In this document: positions 1-9,766 of the stretch, piece by piece
How positions within the stretch are numbered: the first letter of the stretch is position 1
Layout: each line of letters starts with the position of its first letter
Source of the DNA: a virus
Lineage: Duplodnaviria > Caudoviricetes
Direction: 5' to 3' (one strand)
DNA length: 26,295 bases
Virus record (IMG/VR): IMGVR_UViG_3300038478_000010
Span: 1-26,295 of that record
Translations under genes and position numbers: made by a program
Notes under the pieces: generated by a model
Databases searched by the model: none
Told to the model about the DNA's origin: nothing
Seen by the model: the letters and a program-made list of their open reading frames with translations, nothing else

Positions 1-162
1 GGCCCCGTGGCACCAGTCGCGCCGGTCGATCCCGACGATCCAGTCGCCCCCGTGGCACCGGTCGATCCTGCACTTCCAGTCGGCCCCGTGGCACCAGTCG
101 CGCCGGTCGATCCCGACGATCCAGTCGCCCCCGTGGCACCGGTCGATCCTGCACTTCCAGTC
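1..162. repeat. Exact 81-bp tandem duplication (9 collagen triplets)
   Basis: 1-81 (ggccccgtggcacc...cacttccagtc) is identical to 82-162 and in frame with the collagen gene. Confidence 0.9.
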
Positions 163-446
163 GGTCCGGTCGGTCCTGTTGCACCCGTTGCTCCGGCGCT
201 TCCTGTCGCGCCGGTCGCTCCCGTGGCGCCGGTCGGTCCGGTCGGTCCGGTGGGACCGGTCGCGCCGCCGCCGCCTACTGCCGCCACCGTTATCTGCGTC
301 TGCGCCGGCACCGCATTCGGGAGGTCCACGGCCGTGATGGTGACGTTGGTCCCAGGGACCAGGTTGACGGCACCCTCGTACGGTTGCTGGACCCCGTTCA
401 CCAACACCTTGGTGACGCCGGCGAAGAATTGGTCGAGCCAGCTCAT
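1..446 (-). CDS. Collagen-like (Gly-X-Thr) tail fibre/appendage protein, 3' end truncated by window
   Basis: Not in the ORF track because it has no stop in the window. ATG at 446 overlaps the upstream stop (ATGA). Translates [18 protein letters not shown]...[22 protein letters not shown]... with uninterrupted G-X-Y triplets to the window edge. Last gene of the baseplate/fibre module. Confidence 0.85.
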   Translation of the reverse strand, partial: MSWLDQFFAGVTKVLVNGVQQPYEGAVNLVPGTNVTITAVDLPNAVPAQTQITVAAVGGGGATGPTGPTGPTGATGATGATGSAGATGATGPTGPTGSAGSTGATGATGSSGSTGATGATGPTGSAGSTGATGATGSSGSTGATGATG

Positions 447-1600
447 CGTTGCCCCACATACGTGATGTTAGAGAACGTGATCTTGGGCGGGAAGAACTGA
501 AACACGGCACTAGAGCCCGAGGACTCTCCCACGATGACCAGGTAGTACCCGTATTGCGCCTTGTTGATCGTCACCGCACCATGTCCGCTGTCGGGCAAGT
601 TGACTAGACCAGATCCAGATCCGGTCGTTGGTAGGGACGCCTGCCCTAGCGTTGTCACGTTCCCGCTGGCATCGATCGACACCAGGTACACAACGCCGGC
701 CGTGGTGCCGTGCGTACCTGACGAGATGTTGTAGTTGACTACCAGCGCGTTGACCGCGATCGTGGCCCCGTCCAGCACCTCGGTCAGCGCCAGAGTGTTC
801 CCGTAGCCGCCAGCCGTCGAATTGCCTGGCACCTGCAAGTCCGCGGCGCCGCCAAGCGCCACCTCCATCGCGCAATTCGAGTTGATCTGGACCGGCACAA
901 GTTGCTGTACGATGATGCGGCTTGCGGCCGGAGAGACTGTGATCGCGTTGTACGCGGGCACTTCAAACGTGCCATTTACGATGAGCGTGGACCCGGTCGC
1001 GTACGTCGTCATCGATCCGCTCAGTGCATCCACGGCGGACGTCGTGCCCCACGTCCAGGAACCCAGCCAGTCGCCGCTTGCGCTCGCGTCAGAATCCAGG
1101 TTTGAACTATTCGTCCATTCCACAACACAACGCGCGCCGGAGTACGTGGTGGTGCCAAAGTTGACCGTGACCCATCCTGCGGGCGTACGGGCCAACAGGC
1201 CGGCAAGAAACTGACTGTAGCTCGCGAGCATCGTCGCGCCGGACAGGAGCCCGGACAACTGCACGTCGGTCGTATCGCCGGAGCTGGGCCACTGAAACTG
1301 CGGCGTCAGGGACCAGTCCAGTGCGGAGGCAGAATTGGCTCCGTACGTTCCCGAAAGTGCACTGGGGACCGTGAACGTGGTCGGTCCAGTAACCGTGACG
1401 TTCCAATAGGCGTTGAGACCCGTCATCCCCGTGGCGCCAAAAATCTGGACCAGATCGTTGTTGCCGTACAGGTGAGGTACGCTGGTTGTGCACGTCGTGA
1501 TGCCAGAGCCAGCGACGGCGCCGACGATGGTGCCAGACGATCCGCCGATAGTTAGCGGCGCTGTGACGTTCGCCGCGTTGCCGTTGATGATGGTGCTCAT
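443..1600 (-). CDS. Tail fibre / baseplate-associated protein (385 aa)
   Basis: Start re-assigned to MSTIINGN (ATG 1600, ATGA overlap with the upstream stop). Follows the baseplate wedge genes, is T/S/G-rich, and has an N-terminal beta module ([44 protein letters not shown]). Confidence 0.7.
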   Translation of the reverse strand: MSTIINGNAANVTAPLTIGGSSGTIVGAVAGSGITTCTTSVPHLYGNNDLVQIFGATGMTGLNAYWNVTVTGPTTFTVPSALSGTYGANSASALDWSLTPQFQWPSSGDTTDVQLSGLLSGATMLASYSQFLAGLLARTPAGWVTVNFGTTTYSGARCVVEWTNSSNLDSDASASGDWLGSWTWGTTSAVDALSGSMTTYATGSTLIVNGTFEVPAYNAITVSPAASRIIVQQLVPVQINSNCAMEVALGGAADLQVPGNSTAGGYGNTLALTEVLDGATIAVNALVVNYNISSGTHGTTAGVVYLVSIDASGNVTTLGQASLPTTGSGSGLVNLPDSGHGAVTINKAQYGYYLVIVGESSGSSAVFQFFPPKITFSNITYVGQR

Positions 1601-2817
1601 GTGACGTTCTGTACCGAACACTTCGAGTAGGTTCCCGTACCGTCGCACCATGCGTCGTAGGGGCTGGAAATGAGTCTCGTGGGCACGTAGACCCCGCCAA
1701 CGTTCTTCCCGTGCGGGCCAAACGATCCGTCAGGGTTACCACTGCCCTGGGCGCTGTTCGGAGAGAAAGCGGAACCTGCGACGCCCGTGGAGCCGTCGAA
1801 GGCGACTACGATATGCACGTACCACGTGGCGCCGCTCTTCCACCGCTGGACGATCTGCCGAATCGAGACGATGACCTCGCTCGACACGTCCACGCCGTAG
1901 GTGCCGGACCCGTACGCGGGAGAGTTTGGTGCACCGTACGGCATGGCGGGACCGATCCACGGGTACTCGACCACCGACCATGTGCCGCCCGTGTCGCCCA
2001 GCACACCCGCCGTGTTGGCGATCGTGCACTCGCCCGAGTTGACGACCGCGACGATGGGGAAAAGCCCGTTGTTCCCTGCGTTGGCGAACCCGGAGCACTG
2101 TAGCCACTGGCCGACGTTGTTCGTCGTGAGGCCAGAAAGCCCCGTGAGCCGATACCACGGGTAGTTGACCGGGGTGCCGGACGTCGCGGGCACCCATACG
2201 CCGCCGATGTTTTGGCCGCCAGGAAGAGATCCGGCCGCACGAAACATCACGTCCGCGCCGGTCCCACTGAGTCCCGTTGCCACGGTCGCCATGTACAAGA
2301 TCAGCCACGCGCGCCACGGCTTGACCACGCCATCCCAGTTGAAGTTCGCCGGGCTGACGATCTGCTTGGACGGCACGCTTCCAAGCGGCGTGTCCTGATA
2401 CAGCGTGTCCCATTGCGAAACGGTGCCCGAGTCGCCAACAATCGCCATCTGCGGCAGAACGCCCGAGACGCCAGGCTGCAAGTTCTGCGCGTACGCCTGG
2501 AGCTGCGCGAGGACGGCGACGCGAGACCCCGCCTTCTTCCACGCCGCAAAGCACGTCCGTAGCCGCTGAATGAACGAAGCGTTGGACTCGGCCGGACCCT
2601 GGACGAGCTGCCGATCGTTGGCGAGGTAGGGGATCTGCGATACGTCGCCCTCGCCAGGCATCCCGATCTTCGCAGCCTGGTTCGCCTTCTCCAAGAGGAA
2701 GTCGGACATCAGGCCGATCGTGTACATGAACCGCTCGCCGTTGCCCGTTTGGAGCCACGGCGGAGAGGCCTGTTTCACCCAGTCGCGCTGTTGCGTGGAT
2801 AGGCTAGCGACGTTCAT
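1597..2817 (-). CDS. Baseplate wedge protein (P2 gpI / Mu gp48-like position)
   Basis: Directly after the baseplate J-like gene. Motif IPYLANDRQLVQGPAESNASFIQRLR...AWKKAGS resembles the N-terminus of gpI-type wedge proteins. Confidence 0.65.
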   Translation of the reverse strand: MNVASLSTQQRDWVKQASPPWLQTGNGERFMYTIGLMSDFLLEKANQAAKIGMPGEGDVSQIPYLANDRQLVQGPAESNASFIQRLRTCFAAWKKAGSRVAVLAQLQAYAQNLQPGVSGVLPQMAIVGDSGTVSQWDTLYQDTPLGSVPSKQIVSPANFNWDGVVKPWRAWLILYMATVATGLSGTGADVMFRAAGSLPGGQNIGGVWVPATSGTPVNYPWYRLTGLSGLTTNNVGQWLQCSGFANAGNNGLFPIVAVVNSGECTIANTAGVLGDTGGTWSVVEYPWIGPAMPYGAPNSPAYGSGTYGVDVSSEVIVSIRQIVQRWKSGATWYVHIVVAFDGSTGVAGSAFSPNSAQGSGNPDGSFGPHGKNVGGVYVPTRLISSPYDAWCDGTGTYSKCSVQNVT

Positions 2818-4673
2818 ACGCCCACCACCGTGATGGTCGGCGTCGCGAGAAGAGCTTGGTACTGGTTCGTCGTAAACGTCACATCCGACGTTCCGCCGTT
2901 GACCGTGACCGATGGCGTCCCGCGCACGTACGTGGCCTGCCCGAGCGCGATCACGCCGGCGCCGATGAGCGCGGCCACGATCTCGTCGTAGGACACGGTC
3001 ACCGTCTCGCCGCCGGGATAGACGCCGCCGATTGGCAGTGAGCCGAGGTAGGTCGAGAGTGCGATCGGCGCCGCGAGCGTGTACTGAGCTACGTTCGCCG
3101 CGGGCACCGTCACGGTGGCAACGACGGGGACGGGGAGCGCCAACGCGGACACCGTGACGGCCAGGATACCGTCCGGGACCACGTTGTCCTGGAGTAGGTT
3201 GTCCACGGCGCCCAGGTCCCCGCCCTCAACGCTCCCGCCCCCCGTGTAAGTGCCACCGGCCGTAGTGTTGACGGGGATCGAGAACGTGTTGGCGGTCAGG
3301 TACGTAGCATTGAACGAACCGTTTACGCCCGCGATCCCGAGCACGCCGTCGATGATGACACCAGAGGTGCCCGTCCAGGACGCGATTGCGTTGGCAACCG
3401 TGACGACGCACGGGTTTGCGTTGGTCGCCCCAGTGACGGGGTTCTGAGCAAATCCGGGCGTGACCGCGGCGCCAGAAACGACGCTGTTCGGCGTCGTGCT
3501 CGCGACGACCGTGGTGACGATGCCGGTTTGTGGGTTGGAGAACGAGTTGGCGTCGATGATGGGGCCGTTGGAGAACTGGTACGCTGGCACCTCGTCGGCG
3601 AGGATCTGCGCTGCGCTAAGGGCAAAGTACACGTACGCCTGCGATGGCCCATTGGGCGACGCGGCGGCCAGAGAGAGTTGGCACCGCGTTGCGTAGTCGA
3701 GGTTGCCCTCCCAATTGGCCGCGCTCCACGGTACGAGGTTGGAGCAGTAGACGCCTGCGTTCTGCGTAATGGCGACCGTCACGGTACCTGGCGCCGCCGC
3801 GCTACCCGTTCCGATGACGTCCGCCGTCATCAGCGCCAGCGTGCATGTGTAGACCAAGCCCGCGGTGCCGGTGTATGTGCCGCTCGAGCCTACGCCGACA
3901 GAGAACGCCGTCGATCCGGCCGAGGTCACGAGCGCGAACACGCCAGCGAGACCGGCGATGCCGCTCGCGGTGGGAATGTTGAGGTAGACCGATTGGCCCA
4001 CCGACAGCCCGTGCGCGCTGGCCGTCGTGATGGTGGTGGAGCTACCGCCCACTCCAACCGCCGTAACGTTGGTGCCCACCGTGGGCGAGACGGGGACCGA
4101 GAGTGCCGCCGTCGCGTTGCTGTACGTAGCCCCGTTGGCGTTCGCGACGTGGTAGGCCCCCTGCGAGGCCGTCACGGTGGACGATCCCAGGTTTACGAGT
4201 GCCAGGTTGCCCGTCGCATAGCTGGCCTGGAGCCGCTCTACGTCGTACACGCTCTGTCCGAGGACATCGAGCCAGCCAGGCGCCCCGGTGGGGTTCTGGG
4301 ACGGAATGCTAGGGTCCGGCGTGACCGGGATGGTCACCGTGACGAGTTGGGAGGACTGAAGCGTCTGGTACGTCACCGTTCCCGTCGCGGCACTCGACAG
4401 AAACGCACCCTGGGCCATCTGCGAATAGAGCGCGTCCTCCTGGGAGAACATGACCGCTGCGATGGCGAGGATCGTGCGCTCCGGCGCTCCGGGCTGGAAC
4501 GACGTCGTTGGCAGTTGCACAATCGTCGCCGCCGCGTACTCGCCCTGGAGCCAGGACGTGAAGGGAAAGGTGAACGTCGGGTTCGTGGGCGGGGCCAGGA
4601 CGACTCCGGCGTTACTCACCCCGCTTGGCAGCGGGACGAACAACTCCGTTACTGTGAGGCTCGGAAGGGGCAT
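2814..4673 (-). CDS. Baseplate J-like wedge protein with inserted beta domains
   Basis: J-like motifs: WLDVLGQSVYDVERLQASYATG, ADVIGTGS, E..LDYATRCQLSLAAASPNGPSQAYVYFA. Follows the gp25-like gene. Confidence 0.8.
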   Translation of the reverse strand: MPLPSLTVTELFVPLPSGVSNAGVVLAPPTNPTFTFPFTSWLQGEYAAATIVQLPTTSFQPGAPERTILAIAAVMFSQEDALYSQMAQGAFLSSAATGTVTYQTLQSSQLVTVTIPVTPDPSIPSQNPTGAPGWLDVLGQSVYDVERLQASYATGNLALVNLGSSTVTASQGAYHVANANGATYSNATAALSVPVSPTVGTNVTAVGVGGSSTTITTASAHGLSVGQSVYLNIPTASGIAGLAGVFALVTSAGSTAFSVGVGSSGTYTGTAGLVYTCTLALMTADVIGTGSAAAPGTVTVAITQNAGVYCSNLVPWSAANWEGNLDYATRCQLSLAAASPNGPSQAYVYFALSAAQILADEVPAYQFSNGPIIDANSFSNPQTGIVTTVVASTTPNSVVSGAAVTPGFAQNPVTGATNANPCVVTVANAIASWTGTSGVIIDGVLGIAGVNGSFNATYLTANTFSIPVNTTAGGTYTGGGSVEGGDLGAVDNLLQDNVVPDGILAVTVSALALPVPVVATVTVPAANVAQYTLAAPIALSTYLGSLPIGGVYPGGETVTVSYDEIVAALIGAGVIALGQATYVRGTPSVTVNGGTSDVTFTTNQYQALLATPTITVVGV

Positions 4674-4675
4674 GG

Positions 4676-5095
4676 CTACGTCGGACTCACCGCAAGCAAC
4701 TGTACCGCGTTAGGGGCCAGAGACGACACGGAAAGCGTGAGGGAGAACGGCCCTGCGGCCGTCGTCAGTTGGATGGTGACAATGAGCAGGCCAGTAGGCA
4801 GGAACGTCACCGTGGATTGGGCCGACGTGACACGCTGGTCCTTCACGCACTCGGCGTTGACGTTGGACTGAATCGACGCGATCTGCGCTGGCGCCACGTC
4901 CGCGTCTAGCCACGCGGTGAGGTCGTAGCCGTAGTTGGGATCGTCGATCAGTCCACCGCGCGGCGTCTGGAGCCTGCGCGCGATAGCCTCGGCTACGCAC
5001 TGGTTGCCAGAGGCCATGACGCTGGGCATCGTGAGGTCTGAGATGCATGACCAACACGACCCGAAGTTCTGGGCGACGGAGACGGTGGCGGTCAT
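4676..5095 (-). CDS. gp25/GPW-like baseplate protein (sheath initiator)
   Basis: Motif AIARRLQTPRGGLIDDPNYGYDL...ECVKDQRV, 139 aa, upstream of baseplate J. Confidence 0.8.
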   Translation of the reverse strand: MTATVSVAQNFGSCWSCISDLTMPSVMASGNQCVAEAIARRLQTPRGGLIDDPNYGYDLTAWLDADVAPAQIASIQSNVNAECVKDQRVTSAQSTVTFLPTGLLIVTIQLTTAAGPFSLTLSVSSLAPNAVQLLAVSPT

Positions 5096-5096
5096 G

Positions 5097-6119
5097 CTAC
5101 AGGCCCGAGAAAAAAGTTGTCATGACCGCGAAGTCTGCGCTTGATGTGGTGGCCAATATCGCCGTCGTGCACGCCGTGGACGACGAGGTCGAGCCGTCCC
5201 CCCACGTCGAGGCAAGCGCCGTCGTGATGGCTGGCCCCAGTGCGTCGCCTGCCCCCGAGTACGTGTAGCAGAACAGCTGTCCGCCGAGCCCGAACGATGC
5301 GCCGAGTTGGATGATGAGCGAGAACTGCGCGTCCAGCGCCGCCGCGGCGTTGGCCGTCGCGTTCACTGCCGCCGATACGCTGGGGGGTCCAAGCGCGATG
5401 GTGGCGCGCAGGTACGCCGCATACCGCGCCCATGCCGCTACCGAGATGCTCAGCGCGGGCGGCGTAAGCGTGAGGTTCGCCATGATCGCCGCGATGGCGT
5501 TCAATTGGAAGTTGATGGCGGACTCGCCCTGACCGATCGCCAGAGCCGTCACCACGGACAGGTCTGCTATGGCGCCCAGCTTCCCCGTGTAGATCAGTCC
5601 AGGTCCGTACGTCAGCCCGTTGAGAAACCCGGTTAGCGCCGCTGGCGCCACCACTGATGCGCTCGCGACCGCCCCCAGAATGATCGCGTCGCAACCGCCA
5701 GACGTCGGCACACCGTCCGGCCACTGAGTTGCCAGCTCGGTCGTCACTGCCGCGCCCATGCCCGACGCCACACCCTCGTACGCGAACGAGTACATGCCGA
5801 TCGAGGCCAGTAGCGTGGCTTCGAGCGTGATCAGGATACCTAGCCCCAGTTCGAGCTCCGCCTGGAACGCCAGCAGGTCCGATAGCGTGAACGAAACGGA
5901 CGGCAAACTCAGGCCGATCGCGAGGTTCATCTGCGCTTCGATCTCGGCCAGCGCCGCGATGTACACCGCGACCGTGGGAGGATTCAGCGCAAGCGAGGCG
6001 CTTAGCGAGAGGTTCCCCGAGAACGCCGCGGAGATGGCAATAGCCGGCACGCCGATCGACGCCTGGACGGACCCGCACAGGAGTGGCAACGGTAACGAGG
6101 CTTTGTAGACGAGGGCCAT
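5097..6119 (-). CDS. Hydrophobic Ala-rich virion protein with two internal ~170-aa repeats
   Basis: Fills the gap between spike and gp25 genes with tight spacing. The two halves align by eye (LNPPTV/LTPPAL; LPSVS/PPSVS; YSFAYEG/FCYTYSG; TQWPDG/STWGDG; FLNGL/FFSGL). Confidence 0.7.
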   Translation of the reverse strand: MALVYKASLPLPLLCGSVQASIGVPAIAISAAFSGNLSLSASLALNPPTVAVYIAALAEIEAQMNLAIGLSLPSVSFTLSDLLAFQAELELGLGILITLEATLLASIGMYSFAYEGVASGMGAAVTTELATQWPDGVPTSGGCDAIILGAVASASVVAPAALTGFLNGLTYGPGLIYTGKLGAIADLSVVTALAIGQGESAINFQLNAIAAIMANLTLTPPALSISVAAWARYAAYLRATIALGPPSVSAAVNATANAAAALDAQFSLIIQLGASFGLGGQLFCYTYSGAGDALGPAITTALASTWGDGSTSSSTACTTAILATTSSADFAVMTTFFSGL

Positions 6120-6122
6120 GGC

Positions 6123-6587
6123 TCATGGGGCGCTCACGATCGTGGAGCCCTCCGTGATGGCCCCCGTAATGGGCGTTGGGCTGATGAGCGTGCCTACGAA
6201 CGGCAATCCATTCGCCGTGCCCTGAACGATCGTCACGGGAGGCAAGAACGACTGCACCTGGTCCCCCACGCGCGCGACCGGGTTCGGTCCACCCCCCGCT
6301 GTCCACACGCACCTGGGGAGCGCCGGGTTCCCGTCGAGAAACTGAATGTGGCACTCGGCGCCCGACGTGGGCAGATACGTGAAGATCGCGTCCGAGTTGA
6401 GCGGGACGCCCTGGAGGGAGGGGAGTCCGAGTGTGGAGTCCACAGGGCTCGCGTCCACCGTGGTCTTGGTTGGATTGCTGATCGTGTACCTGTACCGACC
6501 GTAGAACCGCGTCGGCGCCACGAGCAGCGCGACGAGACGCCGGAACGGGTCCCACAGGCGATCACGGGTGGGCACCACGAGCGTCAT
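6123..6587 (-). CDS. Baseplate central spike (gpV-like OB fold with short tip)
   Basis: OB-fold-like P.SGAECHIQFLDGNPALP and spike-tip-like PVARVGDQV...ITGAITEGS. ATGA overlap with the hub gene. Confidence 0.7.
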   Translation of the reverse strand: MTLVVPTRDRLWDPFRRLVALLVAPTRFYGRYRYTISNPTKTTVDASPVDSTLGLPSLQGVPLNSDAIFTYLPTSGAECHIQFLDGNPALPRCVWTAGGGPNPVARVGDQVQSFLPPVTIVQGTANGLPFVGTLISPTPITGAITEGSTIVSAP

Positions 6588-7261
6588 TGGACCGCGGCTC
6601 CATCCCCGAGGACCGACAGCCGCAGCTTCCCCTCATTGTCCACCCGGAACGTCGTGGACGAGATGGTCACGGTCCCCGTCACCGTGGGCGCGGTGAACGT
6701 GTTGCCCGGCATCCACGAGGCGTAGTCTTCCGTAGAGACCTCGAAGAGCCCTTTGCCAGAGTGGTCATCAATGACCTCGAAGTCCGACGTAATGGCCGCA
6801 GAGGGACGCGACGCCGTTACCTGTGTCGTCCCCGCGTTGTCCACGTACCAGAGCGGTCCCGCGCACTGGTAGAGGAGTTGGGCGCCGGTCTGTGTGCCGA
6901 GGATGCTCCATCCGGGACCAAGCGCCTGGTCCGGGCTTACGAGGACCTTCTCTCCTAGCTGCGAGGCTGCATCGCCGAGGACCATCGACAGCATGACCGT
7001 CGTGGAACCATAGGCGACCGCCTTCAACAGTTTGCGCCATCCGCCAAACCCGGCCGCGCCGCGCCACCCGCGGGCGCCGGCAAAAGGAGCCGTTCGGTAT
7101 GCCGTCCCGATGAGGGACAGATTGCCGACTGTCACCGATGCCGCGGCGGCCTGCGCGTCAGTAGTGGACAAGTCGAAGTCGGCTACCCACTGGCCGTAGT
7201 AGGGGATCGTCAGGCTCCCGCGAAAGACCTGAACCCCGTTGACGGCAGCAAACGCGCTCAC
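6584..7261 (-). CDS. Baseplate hub protein (putative)
   Basis: Position between tube-initiator-like gene and spike. Coupled GTGA start. Hub-like WYVDNAGTTQV segment. Confidence 0.6.
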   Translation of the reverse strand: MSAFAAVNGVQVFRGSLTIPYYGQWVADFDLSTTDAQAAAASVTVGNLSLIGTAYRTAPFAGARGWRGAAGFGGWRKLLKAVAYGSTTVMLSMVLGDAASQLGEKVLVSPDQALGPGWSILGTQTGAQLLYQCAGPLWYVDNAGTTQVTASRPSAAITSDFEVIDDHSGKGLFEVSTEDYASWMPGNTFTAPTVTGTVTISSTTFRVDNEGKLRLSVLGDGAAVQ

Positions 7262-7866
7262 GGTTGCGCCGCCCTCTGCATCAAGGCTGCGATCTGCGCC
7301 TGTTGCGCCTCTGCTATCGGGTCCGTGGGCGTGCCCGCCGTAGCCTCCGGGGCGTTCGCCGTCGCTGTCTGCGGCGTGGACACCGCGCTAACCTTCGGCG
7401 GTGGCGCGTACTCGCACAGCTTGATGGTGGCCGAGTAGAGGCCCATACCAGGCTCGCCCTCGATCTCCACCGCGCCGATCTCCGTGCACACAAAAGCCGT
7501 CGCGTTGATCTGCGCCAGGGACGGATGGTAGACGTCCACCGCCGTCACCGTCGTCTTGGTCGGGTCGTACTTGAGTTGCTGACAGAATGTAGCCCACTTG
7601 GAGAACTGGTCCGGTGCGCCCGGATACTGTGTACCATCCAGCGCCAGCAGGAACTTCACCGTCCCCTCGACAGGCGGCTTGCGGGTGAACGTGAGCGTCG
7701 CGCCCTCCGTCCCCTTGCCGCTCTTCTTGTCGAAGTCGTGCACGCGCTTGAATCCTGACAGGAAGCACACACCGGGTGATGTGACGTTCCCCACCTGGAT
7801 GACATCCCATGCGCTCGGGTACGCGAGCGGGCTCAGAAGCGACGAACGAAGGGCGGTGGCTGTCAT
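7258..7866 (-). CDS. Tail tube initiator / baseplate protein (putative)
   Basis: Immediately after tape measure (TAATG overlap). Tube-fold-like N-terminus and a P/T/A-rich tail. Confidence 0.55.
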   Translation of the reverse strand: MTATALRSSLLSPLAYPSAWDVIQVGNVTSPGVCFLSGFKRVHDFDKKSGKGTEGATLTFTRKPPVEGTVKFLLALDGTQYPGAPDQFSKWATFCQQLKYDPTKTTVTAVDVYHPSLAQINATAFVCTEIGAVEIEGEPGMGLYSATIKLCEYAPPPKVSAVSTPQTATANAPEATAGTPTDPIAEAQQAQIAALMQRAAQP

Positions 7867-9572
7867 TACGCCCCCTGCGCGAGCGCGACACGCTCGAAGA
7901 TGAGGGACACGGCTTCTTCCGTCAGCTCCTCCACGCCTTTGCCGGCGCCCTGGATCACGATCGCCCCCGGCTCCACGGTCACCGTCAGGCTACGGTCAGA
8001 CGACGCGCTGGAGCTCGAGGTCACCGACGCGGGGGCCTGCGAGGGCGTGTACGCCGCCGCACTGATGGCGTTGTCGTTTGCCACGGCGCCCATGGCTCCC
8101 GCCGCTGCCCCCACACGCCCCGCCCCCATGTCGATCCCCTCGGCGAACCCCCCGGCCACGTGACCGCCCAGCTCGAGCATGACACGCGAAGGGGAGTGGA
8201 TACCGAGGACGCCCTTGATGCCGTCCTTGATCTTGTCGCCGAGTCCCGTCACCGCGGCAACGGCCGCTGTGTATCCGGCCTTGATGCCGTCTACGAGGCC
8301 GGCGATGAAATTGGCCGCGATCGTGGCGCCGTCTCCGGCAAGGTTGCCGATCATCTTCGCGAAGTTCAGAACGCTGGAAATGGTCGCGATGATGAACGCG
8401 CCGGTAGCGGCAATGGCCGCAATGAGAAGCCCGAAGGCCACTGCGCTCACGACCACCGCCGTGGCGATCCCAACGAGCAGCGCCTTGCCGATCAAGAGCG
8501 CGCCCTGGAGCAGACCAAACTGATCCGACAGCGCGCCGACCCATTTCACGATCGGCTTTAGCGCGATGTAAGCCTTGAGGCCGAGGATGATGAGATCCAA
8601 GGTCAAGTGCTTCAGGCCGAGGATAATCTTGCCTGTGATGGCAAACACCCTGTTCATGATCGGCACGATGCCAGCCTGTAGCGCCCGACCGCTCGGCTGC
8701 GCGAGTGAGAATATGTCGAAAAATCCTCGCAGCGCGTCTGTCACAGGCTTCACGTCCACGTCCTCGAACAGGCGCGAGAAGTTCTCCTTCAGCTTCGCCA
8801 TCAGGTTAGGCAGACTGTTGGCCATTGCCTCCAGCGGGCCGCGGCCCTTGTCGATGAAGGCCGACTCCAGCGCGTCACCGAAACGCGCCGCGTCCACCGT
8901 TCCGGCCTTGAGCTTAGCCGCGAACTGGGCCGTCGTCAGCCCCATCCGCTTCGCCGCGTCCGTGACCACGGTGCCGGTTAGGCCACCGATCTCCCGGAGC
9001 TGACGTGTGGACAGAACGAGCTTTTGGTGCGCCTGCGCCGCGTCGCGTGTCGCCGTGATGATCCGCTGATACGACTGTGCGCCAGTGTCACCGAACAGGG
9101 CCGTCGCGCTTGTCGCCGCGGTGATCTGGCTCCGCAGTTCCCCCAGGTCAGTGATCCCCATCGCCTGGAACGCCTTGGCCGCCGGAACGAGCGACTCTCT
9201 GGTCACCCCGAGTTGGTCACTCAGTTTGTTGAGGGTGTCCAGCGTCGCGCGCCCGGCCTCCTCACCTCCGCCCAGCGCGGAGAACGTCGCCAGTAGCTTT
9301 TCCTTGAGCTCGGCGGCCTCGAGCGAGGCGCTGACGGCTGCCAAGGTCATCGCCCCGAGCGCCGCCCCCACGGCGAGCACGGCGCCCACGGCGAGCATGG
9401 CAGGTCCGGCAACCGCCCCGAGGGAGCCGCCGAGACCTTCGGCCCCCTCGCCGCCTTCGGCCATTTTCTCTCTCATCTCCGTCACCGACTCGCCAAGCTT
9501 GGACACGCCTTCGCGCATCTTCGCTGCCGACTCGGTCACGAGATCCTTGAGAGCAATGACCTCCTCTATCAC
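7866..9572 (-). CDS. Tape measure protein (568 aa)
   Basis: Ala/Gly-rich helical protein with hydrophobic segments and the typical C-terminal LGIHSPSRVM motif. Follows the tail assembly chaperone. Confidence 0.9.
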   Translation of the reverse strand: MIEEVIALKDLVTESAAKMREGVSKLGESVTEMREKMAEGGEGAEGLGGSLGAVAGPAMLAVGAVLAVGAALGAMTLAAVSASLEAAELKEKLLATFSALGGGEEAGRATLDTLNKLSDQLGVTRESLVPAAKAFQAMGITDLGELRSQITAATSATALFGDTGAQSYQRIITATRDAAQAHQKLVLSTRQLREIGGLTGTVVTDAAKRMGLTTAQFAAKLKAGTVDAARFGDALESAFIDKGRGPLEAMANSLPNLMAKLKENFSRLFEDVDVKPVTDALRGFFDIFSLAQPSGRALQAGIVPIMNRVFAITGKIILGLKHLTLDLIILGLKAYIALKPIVKWVGALSDQFGLLQGALLIGKALLVGIATAVVVSAVAFGLLIAAIAATGAFIIATISSVLNFAKMIGNLAGDGATIAANFIAGLVDGIKAGYTAAVAAVTGLGDKIKDGIKGVLGIHSPSRVMLELGGHVAGGFAEGIDMGAGRVGAAAGAMGAVANDNAISAAAYTPSQAPASVTSSSSASSDRSLTVTVEPGAIVIQGAGKGVEELTEEAVSLIFERVALAQGA

Positions 9573-9766
9573 CGCTTCACATCCTTCCTTGCCGCCTCAT
9601 CCTGTGCACGAAGCCACGCCAGACCGCGCGCCAGCCATTCCGCCACCACTTGAGAAGCCGCCTCCGCATCCACGGACTCATGCCCTCGCACCCACTCTGT
9701 CAGCCCGTCCGAGAGCGGCCCCGGTCGAAGCCGGATGAACTCGGATCGGGCAGCTAGGCTTTTCCC
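9569..9766 (-). CDS. -1 frameshift extension of tail assembly chaperone (gpGT-like C-terminus)
   Basis: The -1 frame reads GKSLAARSEFIRL...AARKDVKR from the slippery site to a stop overlapping the TMP start (GTGA). Confidence 0.75.
   Translation of the reverse strand, partial: GKSLAARSEFIRLRPGPLSDGLTEWVRGHESVDAEAASQVVAEWLARGLAWLRAQDEAARKDVKR

Noticed and set aside
7-465. Plus-strand PVAPVDP-repeat ORF
   Set aside because: Antisense shadow of the minus-strand Gly-X-Thr collagen gene, which is coupled to the upstream operon.
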